Assembly: GCA_044892525.1 (NCBI GenBank) | Contig: CM097888.1 | Location: 71,424,001 to 71,488,000, forward strand | Direction of reading: 5' to 3' | Length of the DNA: 64,000 nucleotides | From: Schmidtea polychroa | Lineage: Eukaryota | Part shown: piece after piece, positions 47,800 through 60,776 of the stretch | Numbering within the stretch: position 1 is the stretch's first letter | Layout: each line of letters opens with the position of its first letter | Program-made: the position numbers and the translations under genes | Notes under the pieces: generated by a model | The model's input: the letters and a program-made list of their open reading frames with translations, nothing else | The model's database searches: none | Told to the model about the DNA's origin: nothing

Positions 47800-50277
47800 A
47801 ATGTAACCCCTTTGCCCTTGACCAACGTAACCCTCAGTTCATCAATATTTATTAATGTTACTCAATACAAATTAAAATTTAAACTGGAAACGAATAAAAA
47901 AAACAAAAAAAAGTAAATCGAACGTGAAAATTTATTAACTTAAAAATTACTTCATGATTAAAAATTATTTCATACAAAACAAACTTACCACAAGTGCATA
48001 AAATTCATAAGAACCAAAAAAACTGAGAGCAAGTTAGCAATGAATTTTCAGTCGGTATTTATACTGATTTTAGTTGTCTGCCTATGCATTTTCTCTGCCA
48101 CTCTATCCAATTGGAATGCGTGCAATTTTGATTTACTATACACACATACACGAGTGCATGCATTTCACATTTAATTGATTGATATAATAAAATAAAATCA
48201 ATGGGGGTCTATAGAAGGAATTAATCATAAAAAACTAAAATTAATTAAAAATTAATTAGCTAATGGAGAACTCGAGCTAATGGAAAACCGGAGACAATAG
48301 AAACCCGAGCGATGTGTGAGAGAACCTGAATCAAATCAGTAGAGGCAATTAAATTAGCCGACAAAAAATTAAATTGGGAGAAGCTGTCAGAGGAGACGAG
48401 CAAATTCCTCAAAGTAATTAGAGCGAAAAAAGGAAGCCCGAAGAAAATTGGATCCGAAATAATTTAACACAGTAAAATCAAATTACGAGATGGGTATAAA
48501 AGCGACCGGTAAGTAAACAGAATTTCTAGTGGGTTAAAAAAAGTTAAACGAACAATTTAGGGAGAGTAAACAAAGAAAACTTTGGACTTAGTGTTAACCG
48601 AATATTTTCAAATCGAGAAAACCAGAAAGGGACATCTCCCTTGGAAGATTAATCCCTACGCAAGATTTACATTGGTATTGAAAAGTGCAGAGCAAAAAGA
48701 GTTGTTTTAGGTGTGGTTGTGTAAATAAAAATTGTAATAAAAGTGTAATTGTATTAGATTTTTGTGTTTGATTGTTTAACTTACTTTCAAAGGACACCAA
48801 GAAGTCAGATCGTGATACCGACTTGCACAAAATACCCAACATTATTAATTTTTTTTTTATTTATTATTCTTTTGTTTTCGAGTTGACAGATTTTTTAATG
48901 CGTTATTATTCTCTTAACTGTGTTGGTGATTGCAACTTCCTGCATTCCTTCAATTTTTTACTCGTGTTTTATTTATTCTCAATGTGTTGTGTACTTTACT
49001 TTATATTATTTGGTGTATAATCATAGATTTTAACTCAACTTAGTGCGATTTTTATACTATGTATTTCCGACTCATTAAAGCAAGCTCTCAATTTTTGGCT
49101 CTAGCCCAACAGTATAAATTGTTCGCATTTATGCGCATTTATGATAGGAGCATCGACCTCAAAAACCTGGAACCTCATCACATCCGTCGTTAAATGGCCG
49201 AATGGACAATTAGTATTTATGATATGTTGGATGATGTGTATAGGCTCATCACCACATTTTTCCTAGAAAATTATTACAGGATGGAGCCAAATAAATATCG
49301 AATTAACATACATACTGAAGGGCGCTAATAAACAGAACAGTTATTCCCCAAGCCAACAACAATTCGATTAGATGATAATTCAATGATCCAATCGAACAAT
49401 TATCTATCGTGAATTGATTTGTAAATAATGACTCTTAGGACATTTATTTGAGATTTTATTATTTGTAATAATATACAATCTATTTATTATTTGTTATCTT
49501 TACTTTTTTCAAGAAACTTTATTTATATTATTCGTTGATAAAAAAACTAACTAAGTAAATTTTTAAAAAAATAATCAAGAAAGGTAGATTAATTAAGGCA
49601 ATTAAGGAAATCAGCTATTAAGTATATTAGGTTAATTAAGTAAAATTTTAGTAAATCAGTCAAGAAATCATCTATTGATAAGCGAGTAACTAAAATAAAG
49701 ACATAAGCATAATAATAATAATAATTCTTAATGAATCTAACTCTTGAAATGAGCATTTCTATAATAATCTGTAATAATAAATGATTAAAATTAACTCTCG
49801 AAATAATTTAATAAGCGCAATTAAAAATATTCTTGAAATAAAATAATAAAATTCTTTCTTGATATAATATAATTCTTTTCCTGATATAGGAATACAACAC
49901 TTGGAAATAACATAATTCTTTTCTTATACTAACAGCTGTACAAAATTTGTATAAATAGAGACACGAAATCAGTATTGTTCGTCCAAAAATCTTTACATTG
50001 ATTCCTGAGTCTTGCAGAGTTCAACTACACGAAATTTTAAACATTTAAAGTGCCAAAGAAAAATGTCTTACACATAGTATTTGCATGCAGAAATAAAGTA
50101 AGAATAACACAACATATACCAATTTACATAACACTCACGATCGTTGTAAATTTTGAATTTGAAAAGATAAATCGAAAGTTTGAAAAGTATTCGTGGGTGT
50201 CAATTTGCTCGGTAAATTTTTAATATTAATAATATTAATATTAACTTTTTCAATTTTCACCACTGATTTCTTTTCAA

Positions 50278-50395
50278 TTGACATTGTATTTATTAGAATT
50301 TTTTTGATTATGAATCAGTAAAGATATCGATGTCTTTTTGATACATTTACTGATTCATAGTCAAGTTTTTAATAAATACAATGTTATTATTAATA
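50278..50395. repeat. Dispersed hairpin-MITE family, copy 2 (inverted repeat)
   Basis: ACATTGTATTTATTA..TATGAATCAGTAAA mirrored by TTTACTGATTCATAG..TAATAAATACAATGT. Confidence 0.6.
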
Positions 50396-51133
50396 AATAT
50401 TTCTAAACTAACTTCTTTTGTGTCTTTATGGAAATCGCCAGTGAAAGTTGGGTTTTCAAGTAAAAGTCAGAGTCGGTATATTGAATTTCTCTAACATTAG
50501 ATTTCGTTAATAATTAAAAACTTATAATTTTATTAGTAAATTGTAGAATGATAGACTATAGATATAGATGGTTCTCCAATGAGCAATCACGCATTTCGAA
50601 AAATTTAGAAGAGAAGATATATTTGAGGGATTGTCTTCTACAGACACCTTTTATCAAAGGAATTCGTGAACCTAGTGCAAGGGGTTCACACCTAGTAGCA
50701 TACGCCAAAGCATATTTTGATTTGTCCACTATTTTTCAATATTTGAAAGTGTATATTAGAATTGATATGCTGCAAATAGAAGATATAAAATTTACATTAA
50801 AATTTCATTTTACAATAATTTAAATTTTTTCCTATATAAAAACTTCAAATGTAATCTAAAATTCAAGAATTAACCTTTACTTTTCAACAGTTTTAATAAA
50901 GATTTAAATTTAAATTCACAATTCCTATACAATGCATTTTGATCAAAAAAATTTGTATCATTTATATATTTCACATTTTAAATGAATATATTTTATTGTT
51001 TTATTTGAATTTAAAGATCTTTTAAAAAATTATTACTTTTTGTATTTTAATGTATTATAATATCAACTTAAATTGGCGTAAATTTAAAATTAATTTTTTT
51101 GTCATCTCTTAAGTATTTTATAATTTATGCAAA

Positions 51134-54100
51134 ATGAATTCATCCAATTATGGAAAATCTCCCAAAGTCAAAAGAAATAAAACTGAATTAGATATCGAAC
51201 GATTTAGAGCAGAAGGGAAATGGTTTAAATCTCGAGATTTAGCACTTCAGTTTCGAAATGAAAAACCATCTTCACCGTTAGGCTCATTATATGCTATAGT
51301 GATGGCAGAAGTGAAATTAGAAGTGACTACTAATGATAAAGATATTATACCAATTGATGATGCTCGAGAAATTAAAACTTATATTGATGATGCTATCAAT
51401 TCAATTGATGATGGATATAAATTAGAAGCAAAATTATTGTTATCTAAATGGAAATATACTCAAAGAAAATATGTAGATGCAATTAATGACTTAGAAGCTT
51501 TAAATTTAAAAAATATAAAAATTGAACAGGGTAGTTCTCGGTTAACAAAACTGATTGCTGAAGGATTCGCAATAATTGGTTTATCTATGGAAGAAAGGAT
51601 TGACTCAGACAAAAACAAAATTTTAACCAAGGATAATTATGATAAAATTATGGACAATCTTGAAATGGCTGGGGATTTATGTATCTATCATTTACAAGAA
51701 TTAGACAAATCTATTGGTACAACTTCGATCGCTATTGGAGCAAATGACGATATAGATTATCGAGGACTAGTTTCAAAGCTTATAAGTAAAGCTATTCAAA
51801 GATCACCAATAATTGCTATTAAAAATAATAACTTACAAAAAGCTGTTGATCGATACCGCCAGTTATTGAGATATTGCGAAACTGATAGTACAAAATCTTT
51901 ACGGCAAACTCTCAGTAGACAATTAGCGGAAGTATTATTAAGAGGTGTATGTTTGAGTAATTATGTGAAATATGAAGTCGAAACGGAAAGAAATCCAAAT
52001 CAATCCAGCATGATTCCGAGCACCGCAGCAATGTGGAAACAACCAATGAAATACCCAAGCGAAAGATTTTGCCCATCAGATCATAATCAAGAAGTCGTCC
52101 TATTGTTACTTATCAGTGAATTTCTTGCTAACCAAGAAGCTGTTCTTAATAGATCTAGTGAATTGAAAGAAGCAAGAATATCGACATTATATAATTCCCA
52201 AGCTGTTTACGATTTATTGGCAATAGCACTAGCAAGGAGGCATTGTTTTTCTTACTTATCCCAATTGCAGCAACACGCATTGAAATTTTCATATAAAGAG
52301 TTTCATAGTTGGTTTCAATTGGCATTGTCATTAATGAGTGGCGGACAACATTATAGGGCTTATTTGGTGTTGAAAGAATGCCAAAGAATCGATGATAATA
52401 AACCAATGGTATTTATTCTCGGGGCAGCTTTGTGTTTGGAACGACTGCAGAAAATCGAAGAAGGAATCCAAATGGCCCAGCGGGCCCAAGAACTATATGT
52501 GAATGCCGGTTGTGCAAATATGTTATCCCGGGCTCGTTTGTTGATAGGAAGGGGAATTTCCCAATTAGCCATGAAAACGAGAGTTGTAGAAGAACGAAGA
52601 TCACTTCAACAGAAAGCCATAAAACAATTTGAAGTAGCTGCACAAGATGATCCGTTAGATTACCAGAGCCGATATCAGTTGGCTGTAGAACAGGCTTGTG
52701 CAAGGCAAATAAAATCGGCATTGGAATCTTGTCTGGCAGCAATCCGTTTGACGGGAAATCATTGTGCATCGCTTCATTTGTTGGCGTTGTTATACAGTGC
52801 AACATCACGATTACAGGACGCTTGTAAAGTAATTGAAGGAGCAATTATGGAGCATCCGACTGATATTTCGTTGCATAAAACCCACTCTCGACTTAAGCTA
52901 GCATTAAACGGACCGGAAGCAGCATTAAAAGCCTATCGGGGTGTTTTGGAGGCGACTAAAGACCAGGAAAATGATGCAGGCCCACCGAGCGCGATTGTTA
53001 ACGGGTCAATAACGGCGAGTAAATTCGAAACCAATTCATCGGTAATGGGTATATCCGGTCAAATGGAAGATAGTAAACAATGCCATATGGAATCTTTATT
53101 GGGATTGGCTGAACTTTATTTGGACTGTAACATGGTCAGTGAGTGCATATCGTTTCTTGATAATGTCTCGACTATGGGTGGGCATAATCAACTTTTATAT
53201 TTGCGAGCAAGAGTACTAGAAGAACAAAATCAGCTTAAAGAGGCAAGGACAATGTACGAAAACGCATTATCAGTAAATGGCTGCCATCTAAAGGCCCAAC
53301 AAAGACTGGTAAATTTTAAAATATTTATTATTTACAGCAATTTTTTTATCGGTAAAATCTTTAATTTTTGTATTTTATCCTTCATGATCAATTTTATGGT
53401 GTTCTAGTTCAATAGTATCAATTTTTAATTATATATATATATTTATCGATAAATAAATTTCTAGTTCAATAGTATCAATTTTTAATTATATATATATTTA
53501 TCGATAAATAAATTTCTAGTTCAATAGTATCAATTTTTAATTATATATATATTTATCGATAAATTTGTGATTACGTTTAATTTATTGATCTATTGTGATT
53601 AAATTTAAATTAATTTACAAAAAATGAAATTTCTTTATACTCTACTTGGTAACTGTTCTCTCAAAATATAATAAGTTTAAAAAAAATTCTAATATAGCTA
53701 ATTAATTAAATTAATTTTTAAACTATACCGAGTTTCCGCATTTTGATTGGTTCATTTGATTATAGGTAACAGACTTATTTTAAAATATTAGTAACTAAAA
53801 CGGTTGTTTTGTAGTGTAAAAATATAATTTTTAAGCACTGATTTTTTCCATTGAATTTATTAAAAAGAGAGCTTGAAGACTATAAATCAGTGCAATTCAC
53901 TTGAAAAGGGCAGTGCCGAAAATTCGTGAGTATCAAAAACATCGACATATTACTGATTTATAGTCTTCAAGCTCTCTTTTTATAATATTAATTATCTAGC
54001 ACTTTATTATATATAAAACAAAAATCTATTAAAAATCTGTTTTGTGGAAAAAACATGACTACAATAACCCATAGATTGAATCGGATGTTCGCCTTAAACT

Positions 54101-54586
54101 AGCAGACATTGAGCCCGATATTTCTTCTTCAGTTAATAATAAACAGGCCCAACCTTTTCACTAACTATTTTTTAAGTCATAAATTAGTTTAGCTTTGGAG
54201 TCGGAGTCGTACTCTGAAAATTTCGACGGTTGGAGTCGGAGTTGGTACTTTTTTTACGACTCACACCCCTGGTCATAATTATATTTTATTTATATGATTA
54301 GCAGTTACTTGTATTTATTACAAATCTCCATTGCATTTTATACCCCATTAAAAAAATTAGGTTTACCGGTACGCCATCAAATTGTTTACAACGTTCAGGT
54401 ACGGTACTATGGAAAGGTTGGGAACCCCTGATCTAGCATGTAATTTTAAGTTTTATGATTATCCAAAATTTAGTTACGTGACTGCAAATTTTAGGGCTTC
54501 AAACTAAATTTATTTTGAGAACTTCTTGGATGCTGAACATTTTGAACGAATGAAATACGTTACGAAATAATTTGAGAAATTATATA

Positions 54587-54624
<38 letters not shown>

Positions 54625-57437
54625 AATATAATTTAAACTTAGATATAAAATAAATCAACGTAATATTTAATTCTAGTCTACCGTGTTGTATCGAAACCTT
54701 GTTCGTGTTATATCGAAACCGTGTTATACGAAACTTTGAAATAATATTAATCAAGGTAATGTGTACCGTGTTATATCGAAATCAAGTCTTAAGGTGTAAA
54801 ATTTTATTATAGCTGAAATTTCGGATTTTTTTATCTAAACAATCTTCTATCCATATAATAAGAGCATATTCCATTTTTACGATATTTATATCTTGTTTGT
54901 GGGATATACGTTTAGCACCACAAACATTTTTTCTAATTTCTTTTTCATTTTTTAATATAGTTCGAATAGTAGTTTCGTTTAAATTTAATGATTTTCCAAT
55001 CGATGAAGGTTTTTCTCCACATTTTATACGATCTAAAATTCCTATTTTTTCTTCGAGTGAAATAAATTTTCGTTTAAATTTTTGCTTGTTAATTTTGTCA
55101 GACATTATCTAAATTTAGGAAACAAAATTAGCTTTACTATAAACATTACAACTTAATTTTTGACATACCTGATATAACAATTATTATGAACTTAAAGACT
55201 TTCAAAAGATGGCTATTATTATTTACTATGTATGTACTTTATTTCTATTTACTTTCCAAAATATTAAAAACAATGCAAGCAAAAACTTTATCAACTTCAT
55301 TTACAAAGAACAAAGCGATACTGATTTTTCTGCTATTCGCCCTATTAAACGCAATTTAAAAAATACAACGAAATATATACATAACATATTCAATTTTTTG
55401 AAAACGTTATGTTATAAATTTCAAGTCTTATACCGTGTAATATCGAAACCGTGTTATACAAATACCGTGTTTTACGAGGGACTACTGTACAAATTAAAAT
55501 TTGTTTTTACTTCGTTCAACCCAGAAAATATTTAATTTTTTACTTATATTTGTTGAATTAACCGTTTGTTCCAGACTTTCAGCAATGTATAATGGCCATT
55601 GAAAAGTCATACCACGATATCGGACATTCGTATACTAAAAAATTTTATGCTAAAAAATTATAACTTATTAAAATTAATTCCGTCTGCAAACGGTTAATAT
55701 TATTGTTCGGTGGGTTAAAACTTATCATTTGACTCTTAGTGTTCTCGATCAAAATAAGAACTCAACATATTACATTCTATTTAAACCACAAAAAATATTC
55801 CAATTTCCACTGATAATATAAAACTTTTTGCTTGATATGGGCAGTTGAAAAAACAGCAGTTCGCTTGAAAATTATTACTTGAACAATTGCTATCAATTAT
55901 TAAGCTTCAATAAGACAATGTGTAAAAATGCATACTTTTTATCCCATTAAAAATTGACATTCTACTACTTTTAAACAAGTTAGTCACTGCCAATGATATT
56001 TGACCCATTCACGGGCCAAAGTAATTAGCTCTACTTTTTGAATGTTTTTTTAAATTTTAATACCCAAAGATTCAATCTTTACTTTTTATATTTAAATACA
56101 CTTCTTTAATAATTATAATTAGGTTTAATGCTAATAGATGCACATTTGAATATAAATGTTAAAATGAATTTAAAAAGCAAAGCAAAAAAAATTAGTTTCA
56201 TCTACTTTTCCTTTGTTGACTTAATCGATTTGGCAAATAAGCGGTTTCTTTATTTTTATAACTTACCGTCAATATGTTTGTCGTAGAAATATTTATTAAT
56301 CTAAATCATGGTTTTCCAAAGTTTAAAGTATTCTTCAGGAAAGTTTTGATTTTCAAGTAAACACATGAGAAATCGGTAAAGGGTTTACTTAGAAAGTGAG
56401 ACAACATGATATTTACTTTAAATAATAAATTTTTAGAAGAACAGTTTGTGTGGGAATCGCTACAACCTATAAAATTTTGACCTTTTAATATTCATTTAGC
56501 GACAGCATTTCAAATATTTAGAACTGGGGTTTCCAAAGTTTTGTTTAGGAGGACCAAATTCAAAATATTTGACGGAACAAAATACAAAAATGTTTTTAAA
56601 AAAGTAATAATAGACTTCCTCACAAAAGAATGCTGCCTTTACTGATAAATTATATTTTTTATTGTTTGAAATTTGTTTTTATATGAATCTTTGAAGTCGC
56701 AAGTATAAATAGTTTTGCATTTAGTCTGAATTCGCTTGAACTGAACTTTTTTTAAATAAAAATACAAAATATTTTTTAAAATTAAGATCTCCTACATTTG
56801 GCAGTTTGTGGGCTGCATTTCAACAGTTCGAGGACCGCAATTTGGGAACCCCCGATTTAGAAGATTTAAATACTTTTTCCATATATTCTTTTTCTAATAA
56901 TTATATACATCTATATAAAATAACTAAGTATACCAATAATTATTTCCATTTATTAGTTATGGTAAATATTCATTATTAACAAACAAATATTTTTCATCCT
57001 AATGATTACAACATTTTCAGGGAAAATTACTTCAAAAATTAACTCAGTATCAATTCGCAGAAAAAGTGCTGAGAGATGCACTGAGTCTTGATCCAAATAA
57101 CAGTTTGACTTGGCAGTTGTTAGGTGAATTGTTTACTGAAATGTGTTCTTTGAGTAATTTTGTTGAACTCACTGATCTATCTGATGAAGACTCGGAAAGA
57201 AATCTACAATTTAAAGATGTAAATGACAGAGAAGAAAGTCTTGGAAGTTTTGATCTATCTTTTAATTATCCACAAGACTACGAAAACTCGTACTCAAGAT
57301 TGTCATTAAATGCTCACAGTCATCAGGAAATGGTTGCATACGCCACTAAATGTTTGACCGTTGCTGCTGATCTCGAATTAACTGAGCCCATAGAATCATT
57401 TTATATCCTCCCAAGAGCAATAAAGCAACTATGGTAA
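51134..57437 (+). CDS. TTC7: Tetratricopeptide repeat protein 7 (PI4KA scaffold), 863 aa; exons 51134-53308 and 57021-57437
   Basis: Phase-0 intron CTG|GTAAAT...TTTTCAG|GGA. Motifs ELDIERFRAEGKW, LAEVLLRG, FCP....EEVVLLLLISE-like, VYDLLAIAL, AEKVLRDAL and PIESFYILPR. The listed ORF end at 53407 is read-through into the intron. Confidence 0.92.
53402..53563. repeat. Tandem repeat, 3 copies of a 55-57 bp unit
   Basis: TTCTAGTTCAATAGTATCAATTTTTAAT(TA)nTTTATCGATAAAT at 53402, 53459 and 53514. Confidence 0.92.
53861..53982. repeat. Dispersed hairpin-MITE family, copy 3: 31-bp perfect inverted repeat
   Basis: 53861-53891 is the exact reverse complement of 53952-53982. Confidence 0.85.
54678..55487 (-). 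mobile_element. Truncated Tigger/pogo element (CENP-B-like HTH only)
   Basis: TA-CAGTAGTCCCTCG end at 55487 and ACCGTGTTATATCGAA subterminal repeats at both ends. ORF 54782-55105 reads KRKFISLEEKIGILDRI...TIRTILKN...ME.AL..WI. Confidence 0.85.
55562..55693. mobile_element. piggyBac-like MITE (132 bp), same family as 39825-40011
   Basis: TTAA-CCGTTTG...CAAACGG-TTAA. Confidence 0.72.
56524..56854. mobile_element. Buster-type hAT MITE (331 bp)
   Basis: C(T/G)GGGGTT(T/C)CCAAA termini; perfect TSD ATTTAGAA. Confidence 0.85.
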
Positions 57438-58044
57438 CAAGAGATTATCACTCACAAAATCATCCATAGATTACATAATATATTTTGTGATTAGAGTTTA
57501 CAATAGATGATTTTTCTTTTTTATTATTGAAATATTTTCACTGCTAGGGATAAACGTCATAATACGGACTAGATTAATAATTTCAAATGGGGGAATTTCT
57601 TAAATAAAAATTTAAGAAAAAACAAATACAATTTTTTTCTTTGACTTTTAATAAATAATTGAAGTCGCTAAACTATTGACTCTGTTCTTTTTATATCGAA
57701 TAAATAACGAAATCAACTAACGTACACTCATCCCCTGATTCGCGCGGTAGATACATTCTTACGCTTAAATAGAAACCGCGTAAAAAGGCAAGGAATTCAT
57801 ACAAAAATATAATATAGGTTCCATTATATAGAAAATTGCGTAAATGAACTCTTTGATTTTATATAAAATTTGAAGATTCGTTCCGAAAAATCCCCACTGA
57901 ACGTTACAAAATGTATCAAAACAAAAAATGTATTTTCTCGATTGCTTTAAAGTGAAACCGCGTAAATCGGGGGATGAGTGTATATTAATACTGAATTAAT
58001 TGCTACTGATTCACACGATTGACAATTTTCAATAATGTTAGAAG

Positions 58045-59980
58045 TGTTGGGCTAGATTCTGAACTGAATTCTAGATTCAAAAATCTTGAAAATGTAACGA
58101 AATGTGGTGGTACATTACACGCACACCTAACATTAAGTTTATTCAAATAAACTACATACAACACCAAATAAACAACTATAATAATGAGTAAAAATAACAG
58201 AGAATAAAAACATCTAAATTAAGAAATAAAACGAAACAAATGCAAAAATTATCACATGAAAATTGACTCAAATAAAACAGAACAGCACAAATTACAAAAA
58301 CAAACTCGAATGAAGTTGAAAAAACTGTAGAAAACCCAAAATAAAAGAAAATCTTAGACAAAAACCCAGAACAATCCATAAAAATGGCGAAATCCATCAT
58401 GGATGCCATTTAATACAATACAAGTTATCCAAAATAAATAATTTAAAAATAAAAATCCTAAAAAAGAATCCATAAAAAATGATTCTAAAATAAAAATTAA
58501 AATAAATTTGATATGGAAGGTTCTGGAAATGCCCAAATCCATCACGGAGGCAAATTTAATAAAAAATAAATCAAAAATAAAATTTTAAAAATGAAAACAA
58601 AAATTATGGCACAAAAATCGAGATCAAAATCGTTAAAAATCAAAAATAGAATGTTCTAGAATTAAAAAGAATTTGAATTTGTTTTACTCCATCAATGCAC
58701 ACACACTTACTCGACCCTACATGCAGTAAAATGATTTTAACTACCAGAGGTCGGCACGAACAAAAGGTCAACCAAAGAGTAGGGCGTATACCAATATACC
58801 AAGCCAGCCAATCACCGAAGGTTATAAAAGAAATTCTCATTTCGTCATGCCTCCGCGGGACGACATCTACCCAAATCTAAACCCACCACGGACAATAAAT
58901 CCCAGCTTGCCTGGGGCAATCCTTAGCTTAAGTCCGCATGCGACACCCTTGTGACCCATGAAGGAGTTCAACTACTACATGCTTATCACCTAAAACACTT
59001 TAAAGATGAAAAGCGAAATTAAAACTGAAACAAATAAAACTCCACTTAACATTCAGTATTAAACCACACCCGACCCTCCAAACTAGTGGAAAATCAAAAT
59101 ATCCATAGGCTATGTATAGAATCTATAGATATGTTTGGGTCATGATCGATTGAGCAAATTTCATACTACGTATTTTTTGTTATGGAAGATAAATTAAGAA
59201 TAAATCATTCAATGAATATTGTTTATATAGAACTCATTTCGTATCGCCACCACAATAAGGAGGTTCTAGAATACGCGAAACAGCCCAAGTGGAGGTCGAT
59301 GGTCAAGTCAGTCTCGACGAGGATGACGAACTGAATCGTCTGCGAACGCGATAGATATTGTATTGTATCCATGACTGGACATACCAGAACGAAGTCCCGG
59401 TGGAACCCTACATCAACTATACGAAGCAGGCGTTGATGGGGGCTTTCAACGACGTCAAAAGCGGTCCTGGATCGGCTACAAAGACTGGATGCCGAAACCT
59501 TAGCCGGCGAGTTAGAGGACCCAGGTGGGTTCGCCAGGTCTCAATGTTATCCCGACAGGCGTGCGTGGATCGCCCCAGAAGTCTGCAACGTGAGAGGCCC
59601 GGAGTCACGACGAATGCTCCCAGGAGATGGGGACGCCCCCGGAAAAAATCAGCTCAACAACTCAGCCTCATTGTGATCAGTTGTATATTTAAGACGGCTC
59701 TGACACCGTTGTTATATGAGTTTAACCGACTTGTTTTTGACAATTTACTTTGTTCAATTCGTTTACAATTTACTTTGTTCAATTTTGTTTATGTTTTTGA
59801 ATTTTGATGTGCATGCATTCGACTGAATTTGGAGATTAACAGTGCACTGGTACAAGGTCGTAGAGTTGAGTCTACGTACAATACGACATAAATTATAAGG
59901 GCTGGGTGCGACTGATGGACCAAATTGATAAGACAGAGTATCATTAACTAGTTCATCTCTTCAGTGCTAGTGGTGAGCTG
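58045..59980 (+). mobile_element. LTR-like unit, copy F; 3' end not resolved (end coordinate approximate)
   Basis: TGTTGGGCT start, A-rich block, CCAAT at 58808, TATAAAA at 58823, hairpin-rich block, GC-rich coding-like block 59260-59680, then T-rich block. No matching GAAG TSD found. Confidence 0.55.
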
Positions 59981-60776
59981 TGAAAAAAACAACAAAGAGC
60001 TCGCAAAAAAGAATTTAGGTGTTTTTCGCCCAGAAAAAATGCTTTTTCCGAATTTGCTTTTTTAGTAAAATATAAAAGCGTCCAGAAAAATTTCTTTTGA
60101 TATACAAATGCGGTAAAATTGTTTTAAAAATGTTTACTACCAAAACAATAGACATTTTAATTTAAAGTGAAGCGCAAAATCACAGTTGAAAAAACAACAA
60201 GGGCTCGCAAAATTTGTAAAAAGTTATCAAGGGGCTCTGCCGAGTCCCCAGTGGGTCATACCAAATTTTATCTTGTCCATTGACAAGGATTATCTTATAG
60301 TCAAAAATTTTTTCATTTTTAATAACTATATTATTAGCAGCAAAAGACTTAAATTATCATTTAATTGTTTAATACTATTATTATATTTTATTAATATTAT
60401 TATTAATTCACAAAGACTTACTGAAGTAAATAAGATAATACTTATATTATCTGAAATTCAAAGTGGTTCTAAAGTCTCTTAAACCAAAAAATTCCTACTA
60501 CAAAAAATTTAAGATAATTACAAAAGTTCATAAATTTAAAATAAAATTTTAAAAATAAGTTAATAAATTAATTTGTGGTAAGGAAGAGTATGAATATAAA
60601 TTTATATAAATTCCTAAAAATGTATTGAATAAAAATAAAAACATATATGAAACATTAAATACATTTTCATTCGACCCTTTATTAGTTTTGTTTTAGCTAA
60701 TCAAAAAGTACATGCGTAATTTTAAATTGAAGTATCATTTTTTAATTTAAATTTAATTAAATGAAATAAATATCAA

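Larger units (their letters stand above)
41460..49111 (-). mobile_element. Solo LTR, copy D (about 2.0 kb without its 5.6-kb hAT insertion)
   Basis: Minus strand starts TGTTGGGCT at 49111 and ends GCCAACA at 41460; flanks GTAC/GTAT match 3 of 4. The last ~250 bp is homologous to the 3' end of copy C. Confidence 0.78.

Noticed and set aside
50666-50696. GTGAACC/GGTTCAC hairpin followed by CTAGT (Helitron-like 3' end)
   Set aside because: CTAG is only about 2 nt from the stem, and no matching 5' TC end or second copy was seen.
53402-53563. Tandem arrays here and at 5871 considered as CRISPR-like
   Set aside because: No unique spacers, eukaryotic context and no cas genes.
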